Assembly (NCBI GenBank): GCA_964188305.1
Contig: OZ076890.1
Reading direction: 5' to 3' (one strand)
DNA length: 64,000 nt
DNA from: Podarcis bocagei
Lineage: Eukaryota
A model generated the notes under the pieces. It saw nothing but the letters and a program-made list of their open reading frames with translations, searched no databases and was not told the origin of the DNA. A program made the translations under genes and the position numbers. Below, piece after piece: positions 11,001 to 25,520 of this stretch. Numbering within the stretch: position 1 is the first letter of the stretch; each line of letters opens with the position of its first letter.

Positions 11001-14000
11001 GCCATCTGCCACAATATATGTATTCATCTGTCTCACCACCTTTGTAGTTTTGGATCTGCCAGCCTTGCTAGTGAATATTTGCTGTAATTCTAATGTAGTA
11101 CCCCGTCTCCTTGTTTCTATTGATGGCTGTTCTTTTAGTATGGCAACTTAAATAGATTTTTTCTATAACTAACTACTATTTAACTCTAGTTTCTTCAGTA
11201 GCCTTTTAGAAAAGTCTGGGAGAATGTTCAAACCAGTTTAAGGTTGTGTGTTGTGAGATTTGTCATCCATTTTGATGTGAATAGTTAACTAGTGCACCAA
11301 AACTGGGAGCCATTACCTTTGTGAAAATTCATGATGTGAAAAAATCCACATAAACTGAGTCACAATCCAAGTGAGCATCCAAATACAGTGGTTATTCCTC
11401 TGCATTACTTTCAACAGGATGTGTATATCAGTTTGATGGCAGCTTTCACAACTGTGGTGCCCTCTTTTTCATGCTTAACCCCACCCCCAAATCACTCAGC
11501 AAGAGGTCAGGTGAACAATGGTTGTGAACAGGCACAGAAAATAGCTGCAAAAGAAAGGAAGGTGGTGCTTTTCATGAAACACCCCCCCCCCGAAAAGGTA
11601 ACTTTTACAACAAAAATTGAATTTTACAAAAATTAATTACAGTGTTCCAAGGGAGAAAATTAATTGAACGTTTTGTGTCCTATTTTTACAAAATATTCAA
11701 CAAGAGTCCACATGGGTTGTAGTAATTAAAAACTCAGAGGCTTATCCCAGTTGGAGAAGACCAAGAGTGGGTGGTATTCTGTAATGAGAATAAATCTGTT
11801 GGCATCAGCAATGGCTTTTTTTCAGTACCATACTAACAAGCATCAGTTTAGTTTCAAAAGGAGTTTGATACGACTATAACCAAAAGCACAGTGAATGATA
11901 AGACTAGGACCTGTCAAAATTGTTTTCAGTGGTTTAGATTATTTTTGCCGCTTATTATCAGCAGCCTTTCATCCCCCAGCCTCCATTTTTAAATCCTGTT
12001 TCAGAAGTCTTAACAGATAAGGTGGGTCTCTCCTTTTGCCAGAACTACGTCTTGTAAAGAGTTTATTGCTGTTACATTGCCTTTGTATTGCCATTGCACA
12101 GTGACATCACCATGCTGTTCCTGGTCTGATACAATGAATTATATATACCCTGAACACCATCATGCACCATCATATTCAGTTTAGCATAGTGATGTAATCA
12201 CATAGTGGTAGCATGGAAGTCTCATGGCAACATGCCTGTGTACTGTTTAGAAAAGGATCTAGCAGCACCACTGGAAACACCTATAGGGTGGGTGAGGAGA
12301 GGCAGATCAGAGGTCTAAGCAGAACTTTGGGAAATTTTATAAGAATTCAGACAAAAATTATGATAATAATCCAAATGAAATTTTAATACAATCCTTCAGG
12401 TTTGGACACTATTTTTTCTAAATGTAGCAAACATAATTGGTCTGTTTTTATGAAGCACCTCAAGTACGCCTTTTTCAATTAGCTTTTTGACTATATCCAA
12501 TATATAGTATTTTACAGTGATACATTGCTGTGTCCTAATTTCCTTTTGATATTTCAGGGTCCATACCCATCAGTTGAGTTTGGTCAGTTTATAGTGCCCC
12601 CTGTTCACCAATATAAAATGTTCTGTTTTGTGCTGTAAAGAGGACGGTGTGAGTAGGATTTTTAAAACCATATTTTCTGTTGCTTCTAATGCAGACTCAA
12701 GAATGAACACTCCGTCAGAAAGCAGTAAACCTGTAAAAATGGAGAGTGGTGATGGGGACACAGGTAAGAATAAAATAATGGTGTGATGAATTCATGGATT
12801 TGGAACGGACAATTTTATTCTGGTCTGGTTTTATAATACATTGAAGAATGGTATGTTACAGTAAAATCCTAACTGGGTCTTACTCCCGGGTAAGTTGGGT
12901 TAGGGTTGCAGCCTTAGTAGTGTTTTCTAAGTATATGAAACAGCACTTACTTCTTAGTTCTTTACTCAGTGTTTGTTTTGTATGGGACCTATACATTGGT
13001 ACTGTGTAAATGGGGACTAGTAATTATCATAGATACTGTGTCCTGGAGCCTCCAAGCAAAGAGCTGGCCTTAGCAGGTCCCCTTTTCATATTCTTTCTTA
13101 TCAAATCCCCATCTCTGAATTTTCTTCTTGCACTAGAGAGACTGTTCTATCTAGGAAGCAGTCAGCATTCTGTGACACTGGTCAGCCACTTCCTGGCACT
13201 TTTGTGTTGCTGATAGGGATGAAAACACCACTATCTATGGAGTAGAAGCTGGGTACAAGGAGCTACTGATCTGCTGTGACTTAAGGGCTAGATATTCCCA
13301 GTATCTTTTTTCCTAGTACAGCTACCAGGTACTCATACTGGTGTATCTGTGTTAGAGCTCCTGATGTTTTATTTTCCTTATGACTTCTTAATTGGCCCTT
13401 TCTTCAATATTGTAGTTGTCACAGCTCATTCATTAAGCAGGATACCTTCGTCTTCTTCCCTGGGGATCATGTAACCTTCTAAATATGAATAAATATACCC
13501 TGCCTCTTGACCCTAAATGAATTCAAGATGGTGATATGAAATTCTGTGGCTGCTTATGACCTTAACCTATCACAGAAGTGCATCCCAAAAAATTTTGTTG
13601 AAGACATTGGTGTCCTTTGAAATATAAAATGATTAGCTTTTACAGAAACTGACACAGTATTGAGGTGTTGTGATATGAGTTCATAAAGGGTAATATCTAC
13701 TTTCTGCAATTTCCATACATTTGGATGGGGCCCTAATTTTGTGTGCACATCTGTTACCATCGTTGAGTTTGCAGAGCCATCTGTTCTTGTATGTCCTCTC
13801 CATGCTTCCAGTTCTTTCTCACATTGTAACTCTGTCCCCTATTTCCGTTGAGCATACGGCATACCATTTTCCCCTGGATGACAGCCACTTTCTCATTTCA
13901 TAGTAATTCCATTTCAATGTGGTTTTTGCATTTTTAATCTTTTTGTACCAATACAGGCTAGATAAGAAAGATATTTTATTTTTATTTCATTAAATTTATG

Positions 14001-17000
14001 CACCACTTGATTGTGAAAAACGCTGAAAGCAGTTTACAAGAAGATATAAGTATTAGTTAATCTCTTTATGATACATTTGAAAACAGGTTTTACAGGTAGT
14101 TGGTTCATTGAGAAAATGTTATCCTTTTATAAATGAGTTTGCAGTAATTTTGTCTGTAGTTAACAACTGTGGTACTCCTTCATCCATTATCATAAACATT
14201 ATTTTTCAATATTCACATCCTGAGTAAAATGAACAAGAAGCCATGATTCCAGGAAAGCAGGCTCCCACCTCATTCTAACCTGTTTACTCACAAATATGTC
14301 TCACAATATTCTGTTGGACTTTCTTCCTGTGTGTTAGGATTACAATTTAAACATATTTATGATGAGGTCATTGGTGTTGCAGAAATACTTTCAACTGCAA
14401 GAATGATTGAATTGGGAAATAAATGTTGGTTGTTTGGGACTAATTTCCTGAAATGCACCACCACCACTGGTTAGGAGAAAATTTGTTTGAACATTTTTCT
14501 GGAATGATATTAATTCAAGAAAATTGTAGTTTTGAATTCAATCTACAGTGGTGCCTCGGAAGACGAAAAGAATCCATCCAGCTCTTCGTCTAGCGGTTTT
14601 TTTCGTCTTGTGAAGCAAGCCCATTGAAGGATTAGCGGATTAGCGCTATTAGGGGCTTTTAGAGGCTTTTAGCGGCTTATCTGCTGATCAGATCAGATCA
14701 GCTGATAAGCGGTTTAGCGCTTTTAGCGGCTTATCTGCTGATCAGATCAGCAGATCAGCGGCTTAGCGCTATTAGCGGCTTTTAGCTGCTTTTAGCGGCT
14801 TATCTGCTGATCGGATCAGCTGATAAGCGGCTTAGCGGCTTAGAAAAAGGGGGGGAAGGGGAAAAAAACCAGCAGGAACTCGCAAGACATTGTCGTCTTG
14901 CGAAGCAAGCCCATAGGAGATTCGTTTTGCGAAGCACCTCCAAAACGGAAAACTCTTTCGTCTAGCGAGTTTTCCGTCTTGCGAGGCATTCGTCTTGCGG
15001 GGCACCACTGTACTAATGCTCTCCTGGTTTGGTTTGAGTTTCTGTTAAGTATATGCTTAAGGCAAACAAATGTACATTGGTTTTTCTGCTTTTGTTATCT
15101 TGAAATATTTTGAGATTGGTTTGAGATTACAAATTGAACCTTCCCACTGGCCAAGTTAGCAATTTTATAAATATTGTTGAGAAAAGCCTTTTGATGTATT
15201 ACAAAGACTTGTAGTCCATACATTTAGCTGCTCCTGAATCATCCTAGGATTGGATGAACAATTGTCAACAATCACATATGGTGTTCACTTTGCATTTGTG
15301 ACAACTTTTTACATTCATTGAGAATGATATAGAAGATGCATATCTAGACATGACCAGCCCTAAATGTGAACTACATGAATATTTACAATCTAATTCTAGA
15401 GTTATTTTAGTGTACTCACTGTAGGGGGTTCTTTTAGGGAAGAACTACATGTCATAAGTGTCATGAGGCTGCTGTGCCTCCACCCCCCATAAGATATAGT
15501 ACAACATATGCCTTGCCCTCTTGTCATTACGTTGTGTGTGATCTTTGTACGGATGTTAACTAACAATGTGGAGTTGGAACAGAAAAATGCAGAGCAATAA
15601 CCTCAGAACAAGGGAGGTTGTTGTATTTGTTATGCAAGGTAGGAGGGAGGATTCAACCTAGCACTGCTGTTTTGGCAGCAGCCAATTTCTCCCTTAGTGC
15701 AGCTGCCTCTGCTCTGTTATAGTTTATATATTACTTCTGAAGCATTCAGTGCAGGGATGAGGAGGGGGGCCCTTCAGCTAGAGGATTGCATTCTGTTGTA
15801 GGCAGCCTTCTAGGGGCTACATGCCACTGGTGGACAGAAGGCAAAAGTGAGAAGTGCCCAGATACCACTATTACCTTTTTGCAGTAGGCTATGTCCAAGC
15901 CTTACAAAGTTGGAGGTTTGCACATAAACACAGACATTTTCCGTCCAGGCATGCAAAACCCACTATCGTAGATCAAGGTCATATTCCAGACAACTTGAAA
16001 GTACTTGAGGATAGTGCAAAATAAGGATTCGGCAGGGTCATGACATAAGAAATGTCCCAAGGGCCAGGTAGAGCCTGAGGGACAATATTTGGTCCCTGGG
16101 TCTGAAGTTCCCTGTCAGATATAGAAGCTGGAAGAGCTGGGTTTGGCTGCTGAAATCCCCCACCCCTAGTCTAGTGTAATGTAAGGCAGCCTGATTGGTC
16201 AGCAGATTATTCAGCTCTGAGAAATATATTTTCTCCTCCCTTCAGTCCTTGAAAGTATCACCACCATTGATGTTACTCGTTGAGTTGAATTGTGACTGAT
16301 TCATAACTTTCTACCCAGGCTCAAATAGACTGGGCTAGTAAGAATTAAGCTGCAAAAGGAGAGGGGGGAGAAAAGGTGGAAACATTGCTAAGTCTTTCCT
16401 TGAAATTAGCTGTAGAAGTATTATGGGACTAGGAAATGTTATTTCCCCTCTTTCCCCTACCTGTTTACCTGTTATTGTCCTAACTGGTACGAACACAGCT
16501 GAAAAGTTACATAATTGTTATGCATCCTTCTTTGATTTAAAGTGCCAATTGAAGTGTGAACATAGACACAATCTCTAGGACCAGTAGCAATGCCCTGATT
16601 ATAAAACTCCCTCCTTTCTCATATAAGGTTTGTGGAAACTCTGTTGAGGATTTTGCACCAGCTGAAGACTCAATTCTTCAGCAGATCGTTGTTCATTCTA
16701 TCTATATGTATTTTGCACTGATTTTAATGTAATCAATACTGGGGTGGCTTTGGCAATAAAGAACTGGTAATAGCCTATTTTATTTATTTAAAATATTTAT
16801 CTGGTAGCATTATGCAGGTTGAATTCTGCCCATGGGCCTTCAGTTACCAATCCCTAGTTCAATGGGGAAGCGAGAAGGTATACACAGGGCTTTTTTTCAG
16901 CCCAAACTGACCGGAAATCAGTTCCGGCCCCTCTCAGGTGGGCACCATTGTCATTATAAGAGAACAAGGGAGGCGTTCATGGTGAGTTGCTCTTTTTCTA

Positions 17001-20000
17001 GAGAAATAACACTGTGTATAATGTTGCTTTTACAGCTGTGTACTGTGTAGGAGAGATTTCAGCCAGTTTTCTAGAGCTGTTTGATATTATTTACCAAGGT
17101 TGTAAGAGCCAAGATGGTTCAATAAATTGTAGTTATCTTCTGGTGGCCATGATGGAAGATTGGCATTATGTCAATTTAACTGCCTTTTAGGTTGCATCCA
17201 CATGATTATGATTGCTGCTAGGAAAGCTTGGGGCTGTATTCAACTAAATCATTGCACTAGCAATGCTTCTAGCATAACCAGAAACCCCCTCCTCCACCTG
17301 CCCCTTCCCCAGATCTTCTCTGAAGAGTCAGGAGAACTCCCAAAATGGGGTGTGTGGGAGGAAATGGTAGTTAATTCTGTCAGGTAAGCAGCAATGTCCT
17401 AATTTAAATACAACCCCAAGTAGGTTATTCTTTTTATCTCCTAAAAGCAGCAGTCATCAATGGAGCAGGAACCCCCACATCATTGGACAACCACCACACA
17501 CAGCTTTCTAACTAGTAGTCTCAGAGCCTGTGGGATTCCAGAGGGGAAGACACTTTTTAGAATGTTGTGCAACACAAGGTTAGGTGAAAAGCTGTGGCTT
17601 AATACTTATTACTGGTCCTCCAGCTAGATCCAGTTCCCTTCCTCTTCTTTAGTAGGTCAAATGATAGAATTATAATTCTATACCAGTGACTGATACATTA
17701 AACTTCTAGGGTGATACCCTTAGCCCATTGTTTTCATAAGTTTACTCTGTGTATGACTTGGTTGGCTATTACCCCAGTCTTTGTTTCCATAGAATAATTC
17801 CACAGAGTTGTACTTTCTAAATCAGTGTAATTTAAAAACTGATTATTTAGCACATTAATACCAAGCATCACTAGTATGTCCTAATTCTTGAAATCATTGC
17901 AGTTTTTTATAGGCTCTGGCCAAATGTTCCTAAGGGAAATTCCCTGCTCGTTGCTCCGATATATTGCCATATATTTGGAAGGAGGAAGTGGACCTGCAAC
18001 AAAAATTGTTTCATTGCTGTCTGCAGCTATTCAGCATTCCAGTTATGCCTCTTTCCAGGATACTCTTTTGCATCCCACCAACCACCCAATTTTCTGTTCT
18101 CCCAACATTCAGCCAGTATCCTCTGCAGTATCCTGAGCATTTTCAGAACTCATTACACTGTCTTAGGGGGCAGGGGAATTTGAGTTCTCCCAAGTCTGTA
18201 AGTCGTCCTATGCATAGATGCATGAGGTCCAACACTCCGACAATTGAGATCACTATTATAATACATTATTACAATCAGATTTTTAATTTTTAAAAATGTT
18301 ATTAGTATCCTGGGTTTAAGGCATAGCAACTTACATAATATTGACTCTTCCTTTATCAAAACAAGCACAGTATGAAGCCAAATAATACAGTGAACAGGGT
18401 TTTTTAAAATAAACATACCTGGATGTGGACAAAGTGCATGGATTGGTCAGCATGACTGCTTGCACTCTGGACCTTTGCCCCTCTTGGCTGATAAAAACTA
18501 GCAGGGAGGGGACAGGGAGGTGATTCTTGCCTCCCTTTGAGAGGGTGTGGTCCCTGTCGACTTGAGGGAGACAGTGGTAAAACCACTTCTCCAGAAACCC
18601 TTCCTGGATTCAGAAATTACTGGTAGTTACTGGTCAGTTGCCACTACCCCTTCTTGGGCAAGGTTCTTGATCAGGTAGTCATAGATCAGGTCCAGGCACT
18701 CTTGGAGGAAACTGATTTTCTAGCTCCATTTCAATTGGGGTTTCTGCCCAGTTTCAACACAGAAACAGCTTTGGTTGCCCTGTATAATGACCTATGTCAG
18801 GAGAGAGACAGTGAATATGTTAATTCTTCTGAACCTCTCAGTGGCTTTAATAACATCGACCACGGTATCCTTCTGGAGCAGCTCTCTGAGTTTGGGGTGG
18901 ATGGCACCACCACTTTGTGGTGGTTTGGGTCCTACTAGAATAGTGTTTCCAGAAGGTAGTCCTTGGGGAGTGCTCTTTGGCCCTGTAGAGCCTTCAGTGC
19001 AGGATTCTCCAGGTTTTGATTTTATTCCATATGCTGTTTAACATCTACACAAGTGGGGTCATCAGAGTTTTGGAGTTCATTGTCAGCAATATGCTGATGA
19101 CACACAGCTGTACTTCTTTACAGGTGTAGCAGTGGATGTGCTGGACCATTGTATTGCCTCAATAATAGAGTGGATGAGAGCCAATAAACTGAAACTCTAT
19201 CTGGATTAGACTAAGGCACTGTTAGTGGGCAGTTCCATAGACTTGAGGGTGGGAGGTGACCTGCTCTTGTGTACATCTGGATCCATTGTGTCACTTGAGG
19301 CTCAGGTGACCTTGGTGGCGCAGAGTGCCTTCTATCCACTTTGGCTAGTGGCTCAGCTGTGCCCCTTTCTGGACAGGGATAGCCTGACTTCTGTCTCTGG
19401 TAACCTCTAGAATTGGAATAACAGTATTGGAACAAAACCCACCCTCCTCTTCCTTCTGAAGGCATGAGGTCGGATTACACCAGAGCTTACATATTGTCAT
19501 AGTCTATATCATTTATGTAGTGACAACATTCAATACTATTTTTGCTTCCATGCTGTCTCCGTCTTACATTGTTAGACATAAGCCAACCTTTTAGCTTTTC
19601 CCTGTCACATTTTGGATGATCCAGCATCATATTGAACTTAAGCTCAGCAATGCTAAATTCTTAATCTCTTTCCATTCCTCTTATCCTTTTCTCCCTTAAC
19701 CCCAGTGGTATTCTTTATTCATGTTCTTTTCAAGCCCGTAATTTGGGTGCCCATGTTAGATTTTGTTTTATCCTTTTCTTCCAGTATTTACTCTCATGCT
19801 AAACTTGTCATTTTCATCTTTATAACATTTCTAAATCTTTCTAATAGAGCCTTAGCCCCTTTTCTCTCCCCCCCCACACCATAACACGTGTCTTGATTCT
19901 ACTTGATTCTACATGTCTTGAAGGTACTGCCAGTTGATTGTTGAGCCCAGGGGGGCGATAAGGTGAAAAGGTGGTGACTTAGGTTTATTGGCCCTGAATT

Positions 20001-22767
20001 ACTGCTCTTGCTGACACGTAGATAAATTGGCAACAAAGGTGTGAATGAATCTACAGATTTTTCAGACTTGACTTTTGAGGGGAATTTTAATAGAATATAT
20101 CTTTCTTTGCATCCCCAGGCACACAGACAAATGGCCTGGACTTTCAGAAACAGACTGTGCCTGCCGCGGGGGCAATATCTACAGCCCAGGCCTTCCTTGG
20201 ACACCTTCATCAGGTAAATATTTGTTTCTTTTTATTCTGAAATTTGGAAGGTAATATAAATGGTTTCTCTCTCTCCGCACTATGTCGGCAAAACCAGAAA
20301 CAACAAAGTAGTGCAAGGTTGGTGTCTTCTTTTGGAAGTATGCATAGAGGCTACCAAAGCTTTAGAAAGAGCAGCAGTGTCTTCTATCTCAACATAAGAA
20401 AGGATGATTTACAGGCCCTCTGAGTAGGCCCACATTGCACAGTGTCTCATATGGCCATTTAGAGGTCTTTGTGACCTAAAACATAATTTCACAGTACATG
20501 GACATTTTTTGTACAACTGGATAATAGATGGGACCAGTTGACCGTATGGGACTAGTAGGCTACTTTCAATTGGGTTTCCAAAGAATCAAAGCTATCATTC
20601 TATGTGTCAACCTGTATGGTAGGCATATCTGGAAATAGAGCTTGTTTTCACCATTCTATGTCTGTATTTCTATTTTCTTCTGAGAAATGTGAATATTCTT
20701 ACCTAGGAGGAGCAAGAGCAATCCATTTCTTTAGAGCTGGAGTGAGAAACGTTTTTCAGCCCGAGGGCCATTTTCCCTTAATGGGGGTTGCATGTCATTG
20801 GCAAGTAGGCCTACAGGCAGATGTGGGTAGAGACAAAGTGGGTGGAGCAATTGATGGGACTCTTACCTTCACACAGCAGGCAACTTTCCAGCCACACAAA
20901 AGCCCGTGGTTTCACATCCACCCCACCCATTGACCAATATCATTCATTCTGGCAAACGAGAGGCATGGACAGACTTCATTATACATTATAGCCAGGCAAA
21001 AGCAGTTCAGGAGGCTGTAGGTAGGTTTGGGTATTTGTGGCCTGGGCAGAGTTCTGCAGTCCTTTCCTCAGAGTACAGTGGTACCTCTGGTTAAGAACTT
21101 AATTTGTTCCAGAGGTCCATTCTTAACCTGAAACTGTTCTTAACCTGAGGTACCACTTTAGCTAATGGGGCCCGCCACGCCACTGCCGGGCGATTTCTGT
21201 TCTCATCCTGAGGTAAAGTTCTTAACCCGAGGTCCTACTTCCGGATTAGTGGAGTCTGTAACCCAAAGTGTTTGTAACTCAAGGTGTTTGTAACCCGAGG
21301 TACTACTGTACTTGGAAGTATACATGCCTGCTGATTTCCTGACAAAACTTGAAAGCCATCTAATCTGAAAGGACTGTGACTAATGTGTTTTCTGTCTTAG
21401 ATTTTGACTCAATAAGAGTCTTTCAAGCTTGGGGAGGGAAGAGGGAAGCAACTGAGAATCCCAGCCCTTTGTCCACCTCCTCTGCCTACTCATTTGTCCA
21501 TCACAGCATCTACTGACATGGTAGAGGCAAGTTAGGTTTCCAAGTCCTGCTGCTTCTCCTCCCTAAACAAAACATTGTTTCCAGGCTCTGAGAAGCAGAT
21601 GAAAAATGTTTCCATTCCCCACCCATCTCAGGTGTTGCATTTGAAGTAGGGAAGAGCAGCTTACGTAGTGCTCTGTGTTGCCTCTTTCCCTTTTGAATCT
21701 GGTGCTTTGGGTTTTTGTTTTTGTTTTAGTGATGATGAGAAACATTGGTCCACCATAACCTTGGAGTTGCCTGAAGGAGGGGCATACCATTCTTCCCATA
21801 AGTTCCTGTTGTGGGTGTAGGCAGGTTTGTTGTCCCCAAATTGGTTTATACTCTTCTTCATAGGAATGAATGGCAGCCGTTTACGTATATACCCAGGCTA
21901 GGTAGCACATAACCACTAGGGAACATTGGACCTACTATGCCCTGAGAGAAAGCATCAAACAGGAAACCCAGGCCAAGAAGATAGTTGCATCTGCTCCCAA
22001 AGTCAGCTTGTGAATGTTTTGTACTGCTTGCTTATGTTTAATATCTTAAATTGCAAACCACCCTGGGCAGCTTGGTCAAAAGGCAGTATATAAATGCAAT
22101 AAATAAATACAGTAGAAAAGAACAGTATGAACTTATGGTTACCATGAAGGCGAAACACCACAGAGATAAAAACATGTTTCCTGCTAGTTCCAATGTCTTA
22201 AGAGGTCAGATATGATCCCTTATTAACCGACACCAAGACTTCAGCTTATCTGTACAATTTGAAGTCAGTAGGAACCATTTGAAGGCAGATCTAGCTATGT
22301 TCTACACATGTCAGGTGTGCCTTAATCACTTTCATATTGTGTTACTTGCATTTGGCATGGGGCTGCCTATGAAAAGTATTCAGAAATCAGTTGGTGCAAA
22401 ATGCCAAAGGTTTCCCCCCCACCCCAGGTAACTTCTGCTTTATTGGCTTCCAGTTCCTTTCAAAGCCCATTTTAAAAGTGCTGGTTATTGCATTAAGAGC
22501 CACTAATAAAGCCAGTGCTGTTTCATTGCACTTAGGTTTGAGTAGTGAAATATTTTTCTTCGCATCATTTAAAATTTATTTGCTGTGCTGCTTGATGCTG
22601 CTGTATAAATTGTGTGCTTTGTTATGTTGTTTCCATTGTTGCTGGTGGTGCTTAGCAGCCTTGGGGAATAAAAATAAATAAAAGAAAATATTTGCATAGT
22701 CTCACTCTTTCATCTTTCTATGCTTGCCTTGGTTCCTATAATGTTCCTTAATGTGGAGTGTGCTTGC

Positions 22768-22815
<48 letters not shown>

Positions 22816-25461
22816 AAGAGGAAAGTAGATAGGCTGGTGAATGGTGATGCCGACATGATGGCCGTAATATGCACAGACCAAGATGATAAAGGGTCTGGAA
22901 ACCTAGCTTTATGAGGAACAATTGAGGGAGTTGGGTATGTTTAGCCTGGTAAAGAGGAGACTGAGAGCAGATATGACAACTATCTTCAAATATATAAAGG
23001 AAGATGGAGTAAGATTGTTTTCCCCTGCTAAAGTGGTTAGGGCCCAAACAAATGGCTTCAAGTTACAAGAAATGAACTAAACATCAGGATAAACATTCTG
23101 ACAGTAGGAGCTGTTGGACAGTGGAACAGGCTTTTTCAGGAGGTGTTTGACTCTCCTTCCTTGGATATTTTTAAGCAGAAGTTGGGTGGTCATCTGTCAT
23201 GTATTATTCCTGCATCACAGGGGGTTGGAAGAGATAAACCTCAGGGTTCTTGCCAATTCTGCAGTTCTTTGATTCTATAACACTATTCATGCATGCCTTT
23301 CACATATCATTATCACTCATGCACAGTCCAACAGTTGACCCAATGGTTTGACCCTCTCGACCAAACATCTGCCTGTCAAGAGTGTACACCACCCTCTGCC
23401 CCTAATTCTTGCATGCTGACTAATTTTGAAACTTAAAAGGCCGTTTGTAAACCTTCTGTACCCCTGAGCAGCTAAACCCTGAGCAGCGTTTATGTCGAGC
23501 AGCTGAAGCTAGTCTCCTTATGGCCAATAGCTTATAGAGTTTTCGAAGTCAGCAACACATATTTACTGAAAGTTGTTCTATTTTCTCAAGCTTCTCTGAT
23601 TCAGCCACTACTTTTATTTAATACTTCGTTCATCTCTTTATCAAAAAATTCTAAAAGATAACATACAGCTGCCTTTGACTTTAGCATGCTATATTTCTTA
23701 AATCTCAAGTGCCAGGGTATAATGAATCTAGAACTTTGAAGTGGCTACTGTGTTTATATGTTCATCTTGAGTTGGCAGTTTCCCATGGTAAAACAAGCCA
23801 GAGTCACCTTATCATTCCATCCCTGTGCAGTATTTTTTATTTTTTTTATTTTGCAAGGCACTATTTACAGCAGAAAGTTTTTGCTTTGGAGCAACTTCAG
23901 CTCAGGCTTTGGTTAAAATGGGCTTTTAGGCCTTTGCAATCAGTACCTAAGAGGCCTTTGTTCATAAGCTTATGCTGCAAAAAGAGCTGAAAAGGCCAAA
24001 AACTGGTAGTTTATTAACCTAGCCAATTCTCTAAGACAGCTGTGCATGATGATGCTTTGGAAGCCTTTCTCTAATTAATATGGTTGCTATCTCAGAATAC
24101 TACAGGGCAGAAGATTAAACTGGATGTTGGCACTGGAGATAGGAGCTTTTTTGGAGACAAATTGCCTGCTTGGTGACAGATGGCATGTTGTAATCTTGTA
24201 GAATCCAAACCCAGAAATGTAGGAACCATTTGAAGACATGGCATAACACTTCCTTGTATTGTTATTCTGCCTAGGTTATGCAAAAGGTAGTGTTGAATTA
24301 GTACTGTGTCACAGCTCATGGAGTGCAGACTAACAACATATCTGTTTTGGAATACCTTTTCATAAAAGTTACATTCCTTTTTTCTCACTTGACTTTCACC
24401 TTCAATATCTGGATAAACTGTGGCTACTCCCAAAAGCTTTCTGTTTGTAAAAAACTGACACTCAAAGTTAAGATTCCACCTAAAGATTTTAAATGGAGCA
24501 GGATAGTTCAGATACCTTGCCAAACCATGGCTTGTCATGATGCCTGTAGCACCACCAGCCATCAATCCATGGTTTGTGAATGTCCACCAAACCAGGATTT
24601 TTGAAAGGTTCATATACTCTGGTTTCTCTTCAGATCGTATAAATCCTTTGCCTTTTACTAAAGGATCTTTGAAGAGACCACTGTTTGGATAATATCTGGG
24701 GATTCTTGGGAAAGGCAGGAGGAGAAAGTAACCCCAAATAATTGTTTGTCTGAACCTCTGGAATGCAAATTATCATTTGGAGTATAACCTATAGTTAGGG
24801 CAAACCATGTTCTGGCATTAGATCAGAATCAATCATTATATTTTAAAATTCTAATTATCTCAGTGGTCTTTGGTGTTTCGAAAACTAGAGATACTTTCTT
24901 TTTCAGCTATTTTACTTCTCTCCAGTTTTGTGTTTTTAATAGTACATCATTTTTATAGGTTCAGCTCCCTGGATCAAGTTTACAGGCTGCTGCCCAGTCT
25001 TTAAATGTACAGGTAAGTGCTTTTGCGTCTGCATCAACATTTTTTTCTTTCTACTTTTCTTTTTGCAGTACCAATGGGAGAGTTTGGCAGCCATTAACAA
25101 ATGTTGTTCAGTACAGAAGTCCTGTTTGACATTAAAAGATGTTTGAAAAACTCCCAAGAGTTAGAGCTGAAATAATTTGCTGCCAAGGAGTGTGGTGGAG
25201 TCTCCTTCTTTGGAGGTCTTTAAGCAGAGGCTTGACAACCATATGTCAGGAGTGCTCTGATGGTGTTTCCTGCTTGGCAGGGGGTTGGACTCGATGGCCC
25301 TTGTGGTCTCTTCCAACTCTATGATTCTATGATTCTAAGATGGTCAGCATGGCCTTACTTTAATCACTTCGGGTTTTTCTTTATAATAATAAAGATTTAT
25401 AGTTAAAATCTGAAATTGGTTGCTCTTCTGTTCTCTGCAAGATGCAGCTGACTGCTTAAGC

Positions 25462-25520
<59 letters not shown>

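Noticed and set aside
12558-12648. Possible small exon just before exon 2
   Set aside because: Would leave a 46-nt intron, too short for normal vertebrate splicing.
14631-14842. CRISPR-like repeat array
   Set aside because: Eukaryotic context, no unique spacers, and enclosed by mariner-type terminal repeats.
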